A stretch of 64,000 nt of DNA from positions 52,204,001 to 52,268,000 of the forward strand of contig CM060733.1 of assembly GCA_030704615.1 (NCBI GenBank). The letters run 5' to 3'. The stretch is from Takakia lepidozioides (lineage: Eukaryota; Plantae; Bryophyta). Under the pieces are notes generated by a model that was given only the letters and a program-made list of their open reading frames with translations, was not told the DNA's origin and ran no database searches. Shown here one piece after another: positions 22,700 through 36,500 of the stretch; position 1 is the stretch's first letter; the number at the start of each line of letters is the position of its first letter. Made by a program: the position numbers and the translations under genes.

Positions 22700-25650
22700 C
22701 TGGGCTAGTGACTACCACCTAAAATCAGAGGCGTATGGCCTAAAATATAGAGTTAACACTCTTAATAAAGCGGAGTTACAACCGTTTGAGGGAGAGACAA
22801 AAGCCACGTCGAGTTGAACGTGGACTCAACTAAGACCTGAGGGAAATAGGGTTGGAGCCCTATGGTGATGAGTGAGGGAGAACGGAACGGCGTGCAGTGG
22901 GATGAGAGGCGAGGCAGGGCAGTCAGGAGGTGGAGTGGCATGCAACGAAGAAAATCTAGCGATGGAAGTGGAGCCTTACTACTAAAGACGATCGTGCGTG
23001 CTTCCAGTTGATCTTGGATCTGTCAAATTCAGGGGAGGCTGAAGAGGGGATTTATGTGTCTCTCCCATGAAGGTGGAATTTTGTCTGCCCAAAGACAGGT
23101 GAGGTCACTGGAGCATGTGCAAATGAGCCCATTGTGGCCCCAGGTAGCCCTGAAAGTAGCGATGAGTGCTGGCAAATGCTCTGGTTTCTTGGTCGCCACT
23201 ACACACAGGGAGGCCCAAGCCCTTTTAGCTGCAATTGTCAAGTCAAAGAAAACCAGAGACATAATATCTATTTGCAGAGGTGTTTTCTTTGTTGAGGGTC
23301 CAGGCACAGCGACTCTTCCATATGTTCAGAGGACTGACCATCTAAGGGCTTCAAACACTGGACAGTCAGAAGCCTTAGTCTTTTGCCCCTGTAGTTGAGA
23401 AGGATTTCGAAGGATCCAAATCTTATGGTGTCCCAAGATCTGTAGAAGCCTCGAGCCAGAGGCCAGACAATTGAGGGCACCAGACAATGGAGAAGACAAT
23501 GCTCTAAAGATTCAATGGTTTGATTGTCACAACACTGGCAGATGATTGCTTCATTGAAATTGAGGAATTGGCCCACCTTGAGCACCCTATTGGCCACTTG
23601 CCATAAGAAAGCACTTATCTTTGCCGGCTTTGTTTTCTCCCAAACCAGGGACCAAATACCTTTCCAATCTTCCTGGTTGAAGTTCTCGTGACTCCATCTG
23701 TTTTCCCATTTAGCAACGAGAGGTCTGGCACCCAGCATAGCTCTATAGCCCTTTTTGGCTAAATAGGAAAATAGTGGGTGTAGTTCATCCTGAAAGGCCC
23801 ATTCCCATTCAGATGGGTCCAACTGTAGCAAAGTAATGCTGGAGTTTCCGATGAGGATAAAGATCTTCTTACTCAGCCATGTGAGTGTGTTTGTCCCAGT
23901 AGGCCTTGAAGGGTTGATTGTCTTTGTCGGGGACGACCACTGGCAAATTCTCACTGGGCTGGTATTGGAAGCTGGGAGTGATATGGGTTCCTGGTTGGTG
24001 AGAGAAAGGTGACCAGAAAACTCATCTGCTTGGAAGGAAAACCCCTTGAGCAGGATCTGGCCAACTTCTGAAATATATAGAATTTGTAGTGTCTGTGAGT
24101 TATTCATAACCCACTGATTGGCCTGAACGAGTCCTGGGCCAGCTTTTAGAATGAGTTTCCAAGGATCTGGGATCGATTGAATGATGAGGGAGATTCCAGA
24201 TTGAAGACGGTTTGCCCCCAGAGCCTGGTAGAGAGATTGAGGTATGCTTTCCCATAAATCGGAAATCGTGGAGATTCCTCTGGTCTCCCAGCCTGCCCAT
24301 CTTTTGGCTGAAGCTCGGTCCGCCGCCGAGGGGTCTGGATTGTTGAGGAAAAGGTGCTGCCAAAGGGTTTCATGGAAGGTTTAAGGCTCAAGTTTCCTCA
24401 AGAATGGCCTAAGGCAGTTCCAAGAATTCCAGATTGATGTCCAGAGAGGGGAGCCCAATGATTTATGTTTAAAGCCCTGAAGAAGCCAGCGACTTGAAGC
24501 CAACCATTGCACACTTTGCAGTGGAGTGGAGGAGGATATCGTGGTGGAGACCATTAGTTTCCAGCAGCCTCCGTCCGGCCCCATGAATCTTGGAATCCAT
24601 TTTCCAAGGAGAGCCTTGATCTGCGTAGCTAGGTCAAGAACACCCAGGCCCCCCATCTTTTTTGGCAGGCAGATTTGGGCCCAGGACACCTGAGGTCTTT
24701 TGTTTTGGGTTGAGTTAGCAGCTCCCCAGATGAAGTTCCTAATCAGCTTTTTGATTTCCTTGAGAAATTTTGAATGAGGGCCCCAAGTTGAAGCAAAGTA
24801 CCAATACTTGCTACAATAATCTGGTTGGCTACCAATGCCCTCCCCGTGATAGATAGGTGAGTTGACCCCCAGTAGGCTAGGTGACGCTTCAACTTTTGAA
24901 TTGTGGGCTCCATCCTTTGTTCCTCAGTGAGATTGATGCCAAAAGTCTGCCCTAATAGTGTGGTAGGCTCACCTTCTTTAAGCCAATGTAGGCCCAAGTG
25001 CTGCCCCCAGGTGGGAGTTGTCCCAATCTCGGATTTCGAGCGGTCCCCTAGTAACAAGGCTTTAGTTTTGGACCAATTGATTTTGAACCCAGAGACATTG
25101 CAGAAGTGGTTGAGCGTGTCTTGTGCAGCTTCTAGCGAGGGGCTATTAGCCTAGAAAAGCAATAAGGTATCATCAACAAACATTGCGTCCTTGACTTCCT
25201 TCCAGGTGTTGGTTCTTGGGTTTTGAAGCTTTAGGCCTTTCACTTGAGGGTTGTTGTCTAACATGTGCCCGAGAGCATTTGCCACAAACAAGAAGAGAAA
25301 GGGTGCCAGAGGGCAGCCCTGCCTTACCGACCTTTGGAGCTGGAAGGGTTTGGAGAGATGCCCATTAACTATGACTCTGCTTGTTGCTCCTTGCAGCAGA
25401 ATCTGAACCCACTGGCAGAAGCCATGGGGGATGCCTGATTTGCGGAGTATTGCCATAAGGAAGGACCAGTCTACTTTGTCAAATGCTTTCTTGAAGTCTA
25501 GTAGCCAAAGGGCCAATGACTGCCCTATCTTGCTTGCGTAGATATCAGCTTCTTGAGCTAATATGACATTGTCAAGGATGTACCTTCCTTTGACGTAGCC
25601 TGCCTGACCCGATCTAATCATTGAAGGGAGAAGGGGTTGGATGCGGACGG
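22700..25650 (-). mobile_element. L1/Tx1-type LINE ORF2 (RT and zf-RVT), degenerate; continues at 41140-41184 beyond the LTR insertion; left boundary approximate
   Basis: QAGYVKGRYILDN, LDFKKAFDKVDW, RSVRQGCPLAPFLF, FVDDT, WAQICLPKKMGGLG, CQCC..ESLEHCLLHC. Confidence 0.9.
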
Positions 25651-26078
25651 TGTCGAGCGGCTTTTACTCACCCATCCCTTCGCTATCCGAGGTGGAAACT
25701 CCAAGATAGAAGAGTTGGATATCTCTAAGCACTCAGCCCGCTCAGTACAATCAGTCATGACCTGCAGCTAGTGAATCATGGTTGTGTTTCCCATTTGTAT
25801 TCCTTCTTGCCTTCATGTTATCAATTTACCTTATCTGATACTGAAGCATCAGATTGCTTCAGTATCTTCTTAGTTCCAGTTAATCATGCATTCATTTCAC
25901 AGCTTCACTCATGTCTCTCTACACAGTGTGCTTGTATCGTATAAGTATCAGTTTACGATTTATCAGGTACTAGGCCAATGTCAAGGTGACTCTAATCCGC
26001 CCTACAGTATCACTACAGCTCTGCATGAAATAAGCATCTACTGTTCATCTTTTCTCATTCTTTCTGCTCTCGTTCTTG

Positions 26079-27248
26079 TACTACAACAGATGAGCGTTTT
26101 TATGACTGCACATATGACTATTTTTTCAGTCCTATATGCGTTCATGACTATATCACTCTGCAGTGAAAAAAACCCTGTCATAGCGACTAGTCTTTAGGAC
26201 TGCGTTTTGCAAGTCATAGCCGTGACTGCGTGCGTGGCACCTGGAGTCATGCTGTAGAGAGGATGTAGTCACAACTATATGATTTATATATGACTAACTA
26301 TATGACTACATGTCTACAGGTCATATATGTTGTCCATGTGGACACGTGTCACATCCGGAGTGCTACATATGTCTCTCTGACGCCTCTCCAATGGAGAATG
26401 TACTTGTTCGCTATCGGTCTCTTGCCCGTATTTAGCCTTGGATGGAATTTACCACCCGCTTAGGGCTGTGGGAAAGAATATCGTATCATATAATGCCACG
26501 TTGCCATGATGTAGTCATGAGTATATAACTTCATGACTAAAGAGGTTTTTTAATAATATTTTAATTTAATAAATTAAATCATACAATTATAATATTTAGA
26601 TTATTAATTGATTTAAATTCTCATTAGGTTTCTAGGAAAATAGAATGGAAGCCATTGTTGTCTTTTTTTATTATTTTTATTTTTGTTAACAAAGAGGGAC
26701 AGTGGGGGACAGTGGCCTCTAGAACTTTATAGGTAATGGACATAAAATGTCCTTGGATACAAAGAGGAAAAATAACCTCTGGATAGAGTGCCATAGAGGC
26801 TGAAAGAGGAAGACACAGCTTCACGTACCAAGACAAGAAAGAGTAGTAAGAAGGAAGGCAAGCAAAGAAGGGGGTCTGCATAGAGCTAAAGAGTCTAGCA
26901 GGAAAAGAGACTGCAGCTAGAAACTACTGCCATAACTTGGAAACAGAAAGGCACCGAGCTAAGGAGAAGAACTGAAAATCAGCTAACAATGTCATAAGAA
27001 AGCTGGGCCCTAGGCCTAGCCTTCCACTTCCTAAAAGATCTACAGATGGAGAGACATCCCTGTAGGGGTCGTGCTCTTCAGCTCAAGACCAACCAATTGA
27101 TCATCTATCCATGCAGGTTTCTTGTAGCTATCCTTCCACAGGGAATCATATGTAATCTGGAGATTGAAATCCGGCCCTCTTGGATGAATCTGGACCCATG
27201 CACTCTATCCCTGCTCCTTCAGCTATCCATATGTATCATGTATCAGAG

Positions 27249-27289
<41 letters not shown>

Positions 27290-28585
27290 TTACCATGTCA
27301 CATTCCCAATCTCTGGGGGGAGCTTAAGAATACAGTTCGTAATAAAAAAAGCCCTTTAAAAATACAGGCTTGGTAATTCTTGGGTTCAAATAGCTTAAAC
27401 AAGTATGTTGTAAGCTCAACAGGTCTTTGAGAAAACCATTCCAGCAGGCCTAAGAGTGAGAGCTTTGATGAAAACAATTCCCTATTACAGCTTTAAAGGA
27501 CTTGTATGTTCCTAAAAGCACAAGCTGAACTGATTGTACTTCCATAAGTAGATGCAGGGCTATGGTATGTATCCCAAGGCCTTATCCAGTCACTCTGCCA
27601 AGTTTTAGAGAGATCCTCAAAAATACCAGTCTGTAATCAGGTTATAATCTCCATGGGGGAGCCTGAAAGAATGTATGTGTTCTTAAAAAGGCTTACCCAA
27701 TGCCTTACTTAATACATTCTAAACTGGTGAGGCATAAACAACACTGTCTGACTCTCCAAAAGGCCAGAAAACGGTTCTGGAAAAATGCATCCAATGTCAC
27801 ACTTGCATCACCAAACCCTTGTCATCACAACCAGCCCGAACCTTCACAATAAGGTCTGATTTCTAGGAGGCCCAGCCCATTTACTTCCCTGACTTAATAG
27901 ATTTGGTTACCAAGAACCAGAAATCAAAGTAAAGGTTTAAGGCATATCCCCCTTGAAGCAGCTTTGAAGCAGAAAATTGCAACAACGGCAGCTTGCAGCA
28001 TATCTTAACCCTCCTGCAGTAACCAGATCATCTGCAAGCCAAAGAGTTCATGCCAAGTGAAATCCCTCACCTGCGCCTGTCCCAAAAACAAACACAAACA
28101 TTGAATGAATTCATTAATGTATATGCCTTTTAAATAACATGTGTAGTGATGTAGTCATATATATAGAGTTATGAAACAATTTGCAGTAAGGGACTCATAA
28201 GTTTACATGCCATGTCATCGATGGACAAACTCATCCAATGGATGAATACATTCATGTATGTGCTTTCAAAATGACACGTGTAGGGATGTAGTCGTATAAA
28301 TAGAGCTGTAAAACCATCTTCAGTCATGGAGTTACAAGATTCCATGAAACGTCATCCACGTCTAGTCAAACATATCACACTAGTCATAAAACCATCCTTG
28401 TCATCATGGTCAACAATGTTTGACCAATGCTCCCTAATTTTCCGGAGTCATGTAGTGATATCCATTACTATAAAGTGATAAAACTATGACTGCAACGCAT
28501 TTCAGCGCTCTGTAGTTGTATACCTAGTGCCGTTTTTATGACTCCGCCAAATCCGTAGTCCTAAAAACGCTCATCTTTTGTAGTG
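26079..28585. mobile_element. Non-autonomous CACTA (En/Spm) element carrying captured fragments
   Basis: TIRs (T)ACTACAACAGATGAGCG / CGCTCATCTTTTGTAGTG; 3-bp TSD TTG; empty site visible in the sister LTR near 40579; ATGACT-rich subterminal repeats. Confidence 0.93.
26400..26468 (-). pseudogene. ~70-bp fragment of nuclear 25S/28S rRNA
   Basis: Reverse complement GGTAAATTCCATCCAAGGCTAAATACGGGCAAGAGACCGATAGCGAACAAGTAC matches the conserved 5' LSU rRNA segment as recalled. Confidence 0.85.
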
Positions 28586-29073
28586 TTGCTCTCCGCCTGA
28601 TCCCCTCTTCCCCTTACCCACAAGCGCTCTTCGTGAACCCCCCTCTTTCCGTTGCCGCCCTCTTTATCTGCCCCCAAGCTGTTCTAACCACCTAACTAAT
28701 TAACCGTCATCCCTGAAGTAATACGTTCCTTCTACAGATGTCGTTCCCTCACAGTCGTTCCCTGTCAATGATAACTGTTCCCCATGTACTGTGACAGGCT
28801 GTGTCAAGTTGTGACTGGCTGTGTAAGGCTGTGTCGGGCTGTGACTGGCTGTGTCGGCTGTGTCGGGCTGTGTTGGCTGTGACTGGCTGTGTCAGCTGTG
28901 TCGGGCTGTGTTGGCTGTGACTGGCTGTGACGGGCTGTGTCGGGCTGTGTAACCCCCCCCCCCCTAAAGCCTGCTGCTGTCACCCTAAGGCTCCTGTTGG
29001 TCTCAGTCTGTGTAAAAATTAAGGGTACCCCATAGAACCCGTAAAAGCGTTAAAGTCCCAATCAGCCCTCTAA

Positions 29074-29092
29074 CATTTACCCCTCCCCCTCT
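29074..29092 (-). other. Polypurine tract of the LTR element
   Basis: GAGAGGGGGAGGGGTAAA immediately before the 3' LTR start TGTTAGAG on the - strand. Confidence 0.85.
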
Positions 29093-29114
29093 CAAAAAGC
29101 CGTGTCCTCATGGT

Positions 29115-32100
29115 TTACTGTTTAGGATTAGCAAACCTTTGTGATCGAACACCCTTCTGACGGTGAGAGTCTCGTGAAGGACTCCGTGTGCGAGCCCGAG
29201 TTTTGTCACTGGTTGACGGAGATGATTGAGCACTACCCGGAAATGTCTGACCCTCCTTTGGCTGATATCGAGGTAACCTCTCAGGCATAGGAGATCCCCG
29301 TCGTTTCTTTTCTGCCATCTGAAGTGCATGGTCTTCTGCCATGTCAAAAGAGTCTGCTGAAGAAACAGTAGTATCAGAATCCTCGTCCCCCCTGAGGTGT
29401 TTTAACGGTCGAACTCTAACTGGAATCCTGTGGGGCATACAATGTGGTCCCAGCATGTCTGGAAGTTTAAACTGTACAACTTGCTGTAAGCGCTTAATGG
29501 CAAAATTGGTGAACACCCTGAACTCCTTGTCCGTAAAGGTGAGTGGTGTGCCAATGACTTGTGAACAGTGCAAGTATTTCCAATGATCCCCACTGGAATA
29601 ACTCAGAAATCGCGATTGCATCCTCTGTTGCTCAATGTGATAACGTGCCAGAAAACAAGCAGCATAGTATAATCCACAGCCCATGACAATACTTGCTACC
29701 TCCTTGGTCTTGGTATAAATGTACCCATGTACAACTTGGAAGGCAATTAATTCCTTCAACATGGTACTTGCTTCAGACCAGTACCCGCAAAGTGATGATC
29801 CTCAATGGGTCGATTGTTCGGAAGAACCTTAGTCCTAGTTGCCACTGGCAGCCAAATGCGCATGATTTGGTAGTACTGTGCCAACGACTGCGGAGGACTA
29901 AATTCCTTCCAAGCCAAATCCAATACAATGGGAATTTGGTTGAAGGGCATAATCATAGTCCGACTGTACTCCCGTGCAGCAGGAGTCTTAGGTGGGTTAA
30001 AAGCAGCATCCCCCCATACCTCAGGCTGTGGTGTGGCTGTAGTAACAACAGGGTCAGCTACCTGCACAGTCACTTGTTGTGGTATTGGTAGCACTGGCCC
30101 TTCTACCACTGGCATCTCCTGCACCTCTTGCGAAGAAGACTGAAAAATTAGAGTTCGGGCTTGTAAATAAGTAGCCATCAGCTACTCCTCAGGTACAAGG
30201 ACTCTCTTGTCAATATTTGAACTCAGGTCATCCACCTGAGTCTGCAAGCCTTCTACATCCTCATGTAGCTCCGCTATCCTACTATAGACATTGTCTATAG
30301 TAGTTGTGGCAATGTTCTGCTCCTGCAGTCTGAGCTCATTCATCTCGCCCTGGGTGAACTTCCGTGGTGCTTTGCCTTCCACCGGCCCTTGTGCTAACCA
30401 GACCTGCATAAGGTGGTTATCCACCAAGTTGTGTGTGGCACCCCTGAGAGTCTGCTCCTCTATGAGCTTGTACACATCTAACTGCTGCTGTAAAGCCTCC
30501 ATGCGCTTCGCATGAGGTTCAACCAAACTTGCATAGGCAGCAGCCAGATTATTGGCTTCCTTCCAAGCCTTGTTAGCCACAGAGAGTTCATTTCTATTTA
30601 CCATGACCGTTTGTTGCAACTCCAGGATGTACCTCTCTTGGTCAGCTTCAACCTATCTGTATTGCTTCAAAGTATTCTCATTGCGACAGATTGTATTCTT
30701 CATATCAACAATGAGTTTCGCCTGCTCGACTATCTCTGCCTCTGCCTTCATACATCTCTCCCCTTGTCTGTTAACTTCTAATGCAGTTTGCTCAAGAGTA
30801 GTTGTGAGTGTAGCACGTTGTATGGTCATCCTCTCATGTATTGCCTGCAACTCTGTATGTAGTGCATTCACTTCTTGCAACTTGCCCTCATGCTTCACCT
30901 GCATTTGGTATAACTGTTGTTTATGTGCTTCGTGCAACTGGTCTTGCGCGGGGCCTGCTTCAATCAAATGTTCATTGGCCAACTGCAAAGCAGCTTTTGT
31001 ATCCTCTAACTCTTGCTGTAACTTGAGATTGACCTCCTCATCGACCTTGTTTGCACACTCAGCGGCAAGTCGAGCCTCAAACTCATTTCTGAGTTCCTCC
31101 CTCAAAGCTGCCAATTGGATAGATGGAACATGGGATTTCACATAAGTGCCCAACAAATTAAGTGTTCTGCTTATGGAACTCATAAGCATGGCCTGCTGAG
31201 GGTCTTCATGGGGAGCTTGCTGTTGTTCTCCCTGATCCTCAATAGTGTGATGCCTCACCAACCATTCAGGCCATTGCCCCACCAGATTTTCTTCCTGAAC
31301 CACCTCATCCGCCACAGGTGCTGCAGTGTCTTGATATTCTACCTCTAGTACCTCCGTCACAGGTGTGGGTATTACATGCACAGCAGGGTTTTCCCTGGAC
31401 AACCGCTGCACCTCTGGAATCACTGATTCCCTTACCAAACCAGAGTTTTCATAGAGAAGGTCACCCTTCTCAATTTCGGCCACGACCTGCTCTGTAGTGG
31501 GAATGTCCAACCTTTCTCCTTCCAGAGCAATTGGGGGTGATGTCACAGCATATACTAACTGTGGAACCTCTAAAACAACTGAGTCAATTGGTTGTGGTGG
31601 CTGTGGTATCGAAGTGACTTCCTCTTCCCTCTCTGAAGGCCGTGCTTCCAATAATAGCAGCTCTCTGTGCTGCTGTGCCCCATCCTTTACAAGAGCTTGG
31701 GAAACATTATCGTGCGGTTTCCGTGAAGCCAGTGGATCCGCCACTACAGTCATACCCCGCCTCTGTCTCTTAGACTGGTGTTGCGCTGTCAGTCCACCCT
31801 CACTGTGTGAAGAGCCTTGCTCTTCAATTGCAGTGGTTTCTGCCTCAAACACTCTCATCTCCTTACGTTCCCGAGTATCAAGTATGCAAGAATCAAGAAT
31901 TATTTGGGCAATGACTGGACCGGACACAATGATCGGAGACTTAGCAGCAGTGCCCTGTAACCTCTTTATCTCGTCCACCAATCCGTTGTACATTAACTCC
32001 GCCCAAGCGACATCCTCTCCCCTCAAAGCTTTCAAGTTCTCCTCTGTGAATGACCTGCTCAAATACTGTTGGTTCTGTTTCATGGCAAACAGAACGTTCA

Positions 32101-32500
32101 AGATTTGGCCAACTTCCCTAAGCCCTGGGTACTCGGCTTTGGTACAAGCGTAGCCTTGAGTTTTAAAGAAACTCCCTTCTTGGAACAAATTCCCTATCTG
32201 CAATCTTGCCCTGTGCTCATCCACATCCACATGTCCTGATGGCAAATCAAACAATTGCTGCAGGTACTGGGGAGTAATTTCTATATCTACTCCCCTCACA
32301 TGAGTAACTCCCGTCCGAGGCTCAAAATTCTGAAGAAAATGAACTGCCGATGATGCAAGGACCAGTCCTTGCGTAGCAGCCCTTCCAATCGCAACTCCCT
32401 TAGCAGCTGTACTGCCTGCGGTGCTGCAATTGTTTGCTTCTGGAGTATCGTCGTGCTCTTCACCCTGATATCCTCCATTCCCCTCACTCTCTTCATTCTA
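29115..32500 (-). pseudogene. Large additional ORF between integrase and 3' LTR (Athila env-like / plant transposon ORF with coiled coil), broken into 4-5 pieces
   Basis: ORFs 30653-32299, 30182-30619, 29756-30178, 29115-29762, sense to pol; RGVDIEITPQYLQQLFDLP motif; long E/Q/L heptad region. Confidence 0.65.
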
Positions 32501-33229
32501 GACAAACAGAAAGGCTTTGTTTGAAACAGCTGAAGGAAAGCTTGCAGGGCACAGAGCATGAAGGTATGGTTGGCACAGAATGAAATGGGTAAGTGCTTGT
32601 AAGCCTGTGGGGCTTGCAAGTATCGATTTAGAGAAAATGTACTCTCCGTTCGTCTGTCCTTGTGCCACTGCGTAAGTAGTAAGGCGAGCGTGTAGTCTGT
32701 TATTTCCGCCATAGCTTCAAAGCTATAGCTTTGATTGTCTCCCCTGTCGAGACGCCCGTTACTCGGAACCACGTCGACTCTTGCGCTCATAATTTCTCTA
32801 AATTCTTGATCTTGCTTCTTGGAAAATACCCTCTACAGGTAATTATGGCTCATGATTGGCTGTTGGCTCTGTGATTGGTTTTGTAATTTAATTCCCTTCC
32901 GTGGATTTTCCCCCCTGGACTGTCCACTAGGATAGCACATGTGACAAGGATTTCACTTTTCGGTACTTGTAAAGAGTTCCGTTACCCTTTCCCTGTATGC
33001 ATTAATGGGCCCACAATAAATTTCGGTTAACGTGTCGGGTAGGTACTTTGACGGCCAATTTTGTCTTCCTTCTTGATGACACCCGTTCTTGCAATTTATG
33101 TCCGGCTGTGTGTCTCGCCCTGGCGTCCACGTGTCCATTTCTAAACCTGCCTCCGTCCACTTTTCCGCCGGCCACTCTCCGGATGTTAACCCACGTCCAC
33201 TTGTCACTGATCATATGGATTGTGTAACC

Positions 33230-33410
33230 CTGGTAGGCTGTGTTGAGCTGTGATAGGCTGTGTCATACTGTGGTACGCTGTGATAGGCTGTGTCATGTTG
33301 TGGTAGGCTGTAATAGGCTGTGTGGCACTGTGGTAAGCTGTGATAGGTTGTGTCATGTTGTGGTAGGCTGTGATAGGCTGTGTGGCACTGTGATGGGCTG
33401 TGATAGCTAT
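33230..33410. repeat. Minisatellite (about 30-bp period, GGCTGTG core) in the spacer after pol
   Basis: Repeats of GGCTGTGTCATGTTGTGGTAGGCTGTGATA. Confidence 0.85.
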
Positions 33411-33566
33411 TCAAACACCTGTGTTCTTTGCTCAGACCATACCCAATCGGTTCAATGACAAATGCTTCATACTCCGTTGGTATTACCAGTGTAGCCCGTG
33501 ACTGTTCCTGTGTTTCTAACATGCAAATCGTGCTTAATGGTTTGTCATGGATACCACTGTATCCCT

Positions 33567-36500
33567 TCAACTTATTGGCATTGACTCTTCCCAGCATCTC
33601 TTTGTTAATGGTTTGTAACATGGCGGTGTTGTTATCATACATCTTCTGTATGACATAAGGTCCTTTCCATGGTGATTTAAGCTTAGAAGCTTTAATCTTC
33701 CCTTCTTCTGCAACCAGAGAACCAAATCTCCCGTCTTAAAAGTCTTTAATTTGCCTTCATCAAACTGTTCCTTCCTCTTCATCTGAATTCTCGTCATGTT
33801 ATCAGCTGCATCAGCACGTACTTCTTCCACATGGTATAATTCATGTTTCCTGACCTTAATTGAATCTTCCAATTCCATTCTCTTTCCCCATTCCGTTCTC
33901 ATGGTAGGTAACAAGAATTCCACTGGAAGTAAAGCTTCCATACCATAAACTAATTGGAATGGTGTATACTTAGTGGTGTCTTTATATGAAGTCCTGTATG
34001 ACCACAAAGTTGTCAGCAGCTTTGTATCCCAATCCGTTCTGTTTGCATTGACTATCTTAGCCAAGATAGTACATAGTATTTTGTTGGTAGCCTCTGCCTG
34101 CCCATTACCCTGTGGGTAATACGTTGTACTCTTCCTATGCACAATCATGAACTCTTTAGTCAATAGTTCAATGGTCTCATTAATGAAGTGACTTCCTTGG
34201 TCACTGATAAATTCCAAGGGACAGCCAAATCGTGTAAGTATGTTCTCATACATGAACCTTGCTGTGGACTTGGCTGTGTTGTCCCTCAGAGCTTTAGCTT
34301 CCACCCACTTCGTAGTATAATCAGTGGCTGTAATTATATACTTGTTCTGTGTATTCTTGGCCGGTGGGTTAATTGGTCCAACAAAGTCTAGTCCCCATTT
34401 CTGAAATGGTTCAGTAGGCATCGTAGGATGCAAAGCCATCTTCCCAGATCTCTGCAAAGGTCCTAGCCTCTGACATTCATCACAACTCTGACAATACTTG
34501 TGTACATCCTTGAACAAAGTAGGCCACCAGTAACCTGCAAGTAGTATCTTCCTACTGGTAGTCTCTTCTCCAAAATGTCCTCCAGCCACTCCTTTATGAA
34601 CTTCCTCCAAAACTTTATTTACTTCATGGTGGTACAAGCATCGTTTAAGTACTCCATCAGGTCCTAGCTTATACATTCTGCCCCCTACCATAGTATAAGG
34701 TAAAGCCTTGATAGCGATTCTCTTCCTCTGCTCCTTACCATAACTAGGTGGGCACTGACCATGAGTAAGGTAGTATCTGATTGGCCACTGCCAATCTAAC
34801 CATTCATCTGCACTTCCTTGCACCTCCATTGCAAATAAACTCGCATCAGGTAATTGGTCGTCTACTCCTGTGGCGGGCTCTCCTGTTGTTAGGCGTGACA
34901 AATGATTGCCACAAGATGCAAACGGCCAGGCTTGTAAACAACTTCGAACTCAAACTCGTGCAAGATTATTAACCACCTTGCTATCCTTCCACTTATCAAA
35001 GGTTTGTTCACCAGATATATCAGAGCCTGGTGATCCACATAAAACATAAACTTTCTTCCCAATAGGTAATGCCTGAATTTCTTGACTGCATAAATCATTG
35101 CCAGTGCTTCTCTTTCAGTTGTGCTATAGTTCCTTTCAGCACTGTTCATCAACCTGCTAGCATAGTACACAGGTGAATCTATATTTCCTGTAACATTTTG
35201 GGCTAACACCGCTCCCAACGCTTCTCCTGAGGCATCACAGTGAACATGAAATACTACATGCCAGTGAGGGTTAATCAGCACAGGTGTAGTTGTTACTGAC
35301 AATGTAAGTTCCTCAAAAGCCTGTTGACATTCAGCTGTCCATGCAAACACTGCATCTTTCTTCAGAAGCTTGCTCAATGGTGCTGCTATCTGTGCATACC
35401 TTTTGACAAATCTTCTGTAATAACTGGTTTGTCCAAGGAATCTCCTTAGACTCTTAACATTTACTGGTGGTGGAGAGGCTTTAATGGCCTCTGTCTTCCT
35501 GGGATCCACAAGAAGTCCCCTCTTACACACAATGTGTCCCAAAAGCACCCCTGAGTTCACACAGAAAGTACACTTCTCTGGATTCAGGCCCAGACCTCTC
35601 ATCCTGCATCTGGCCAAACATAACTCCAATTTATGCAAGTGCTCATTCTTAGAGCTGTACACACTGAAATCATCCAAGAACACCTGCATGAAATCATCCA
35701 GATACTCATGAAAAGATTCACTTATCACTCTCTGAAAGGTTGCTGGTGCATTACAAAGTCCAAAAGGCATGACTTTGTATGCATAAGCACCCCAGTCTGT
35801 GATGAAGCTGTCTTTCCCTGGTCTTCTTCTGCCACTTGCACTTGATTATAACCACTGAAGCCATCCATGAATGAGTACATCTCATGGCCTGCCACAGTGT
35901 CCAATACCGCTTCTGTGAATGGCAAGGAAAATGATCTTTCTTCGTGCAAGCATTCAACTTCTTATAGTTCACACAAACTCTCAGTTTACCATTCTTCTTG
36001 GGAACTATCACAATGGGTGACAACCAAGTTGTATACTCTATCGGGTATATAAACTTAGCCTCAGCCAACTTCTTGATCTCTTCTCCAACCTTCTGTGCAT
36101 AGTTGGGATTCATTCTGTACCTTGCCTGTTTGATTGGTACTGACCCTGGTTCCAGTTCAATCTTATGCTGACAGATCTCAGGTGGTATCCCTTTTAGATC
36201 CTCGTAGCTCCAAGCAAATACATCTCTGTATTTGATGAACAAACTCTTAGCTTCCTCAAAGAATTCTGGCTCCAAATCAGCCCCTACCTTCACCATCCTC
36301 GGTTCCTCTTCAGTTCCCACATTCACTTCTCTCACCTGCTCATCAGCTGTGATTGTCCAACCAGTCACCACTTCATCCTGTAAACTCACAGTGGCTGGTT
36401 CCTCTAGGATTTCCATTTCTCCTTCTCTTTCTTCATAAAAATGTGGTGGGTAACTGCTTATGTTCACCTTCAATTGGTGTTGCTGTCACTACACCACAAC

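Larger units (their letters stand above)
25651..29073 (-). repeat. 3' LTR (about 0.9 kb), interrupted by a 2.5-kb CACTA element
   Basis: 25651-26078 plus 28586-29073 match 40154-41139; contains 10-bp GGCTGTG(A/T)C repeats and a poly-C run. Confidence 0.93.

Noticed and set aside
26400-26468. Functional rRNA gene
   Set aside because: Only ~70 bp, inside a transposon
28790-28950. CRISPR-like or telomeric array (also 33230-33410, 40790-41010)
   Set aside because: Degenerate 10/30-bp tandem repeats without unique spacers, internal to the LTR element; eukaryotic context
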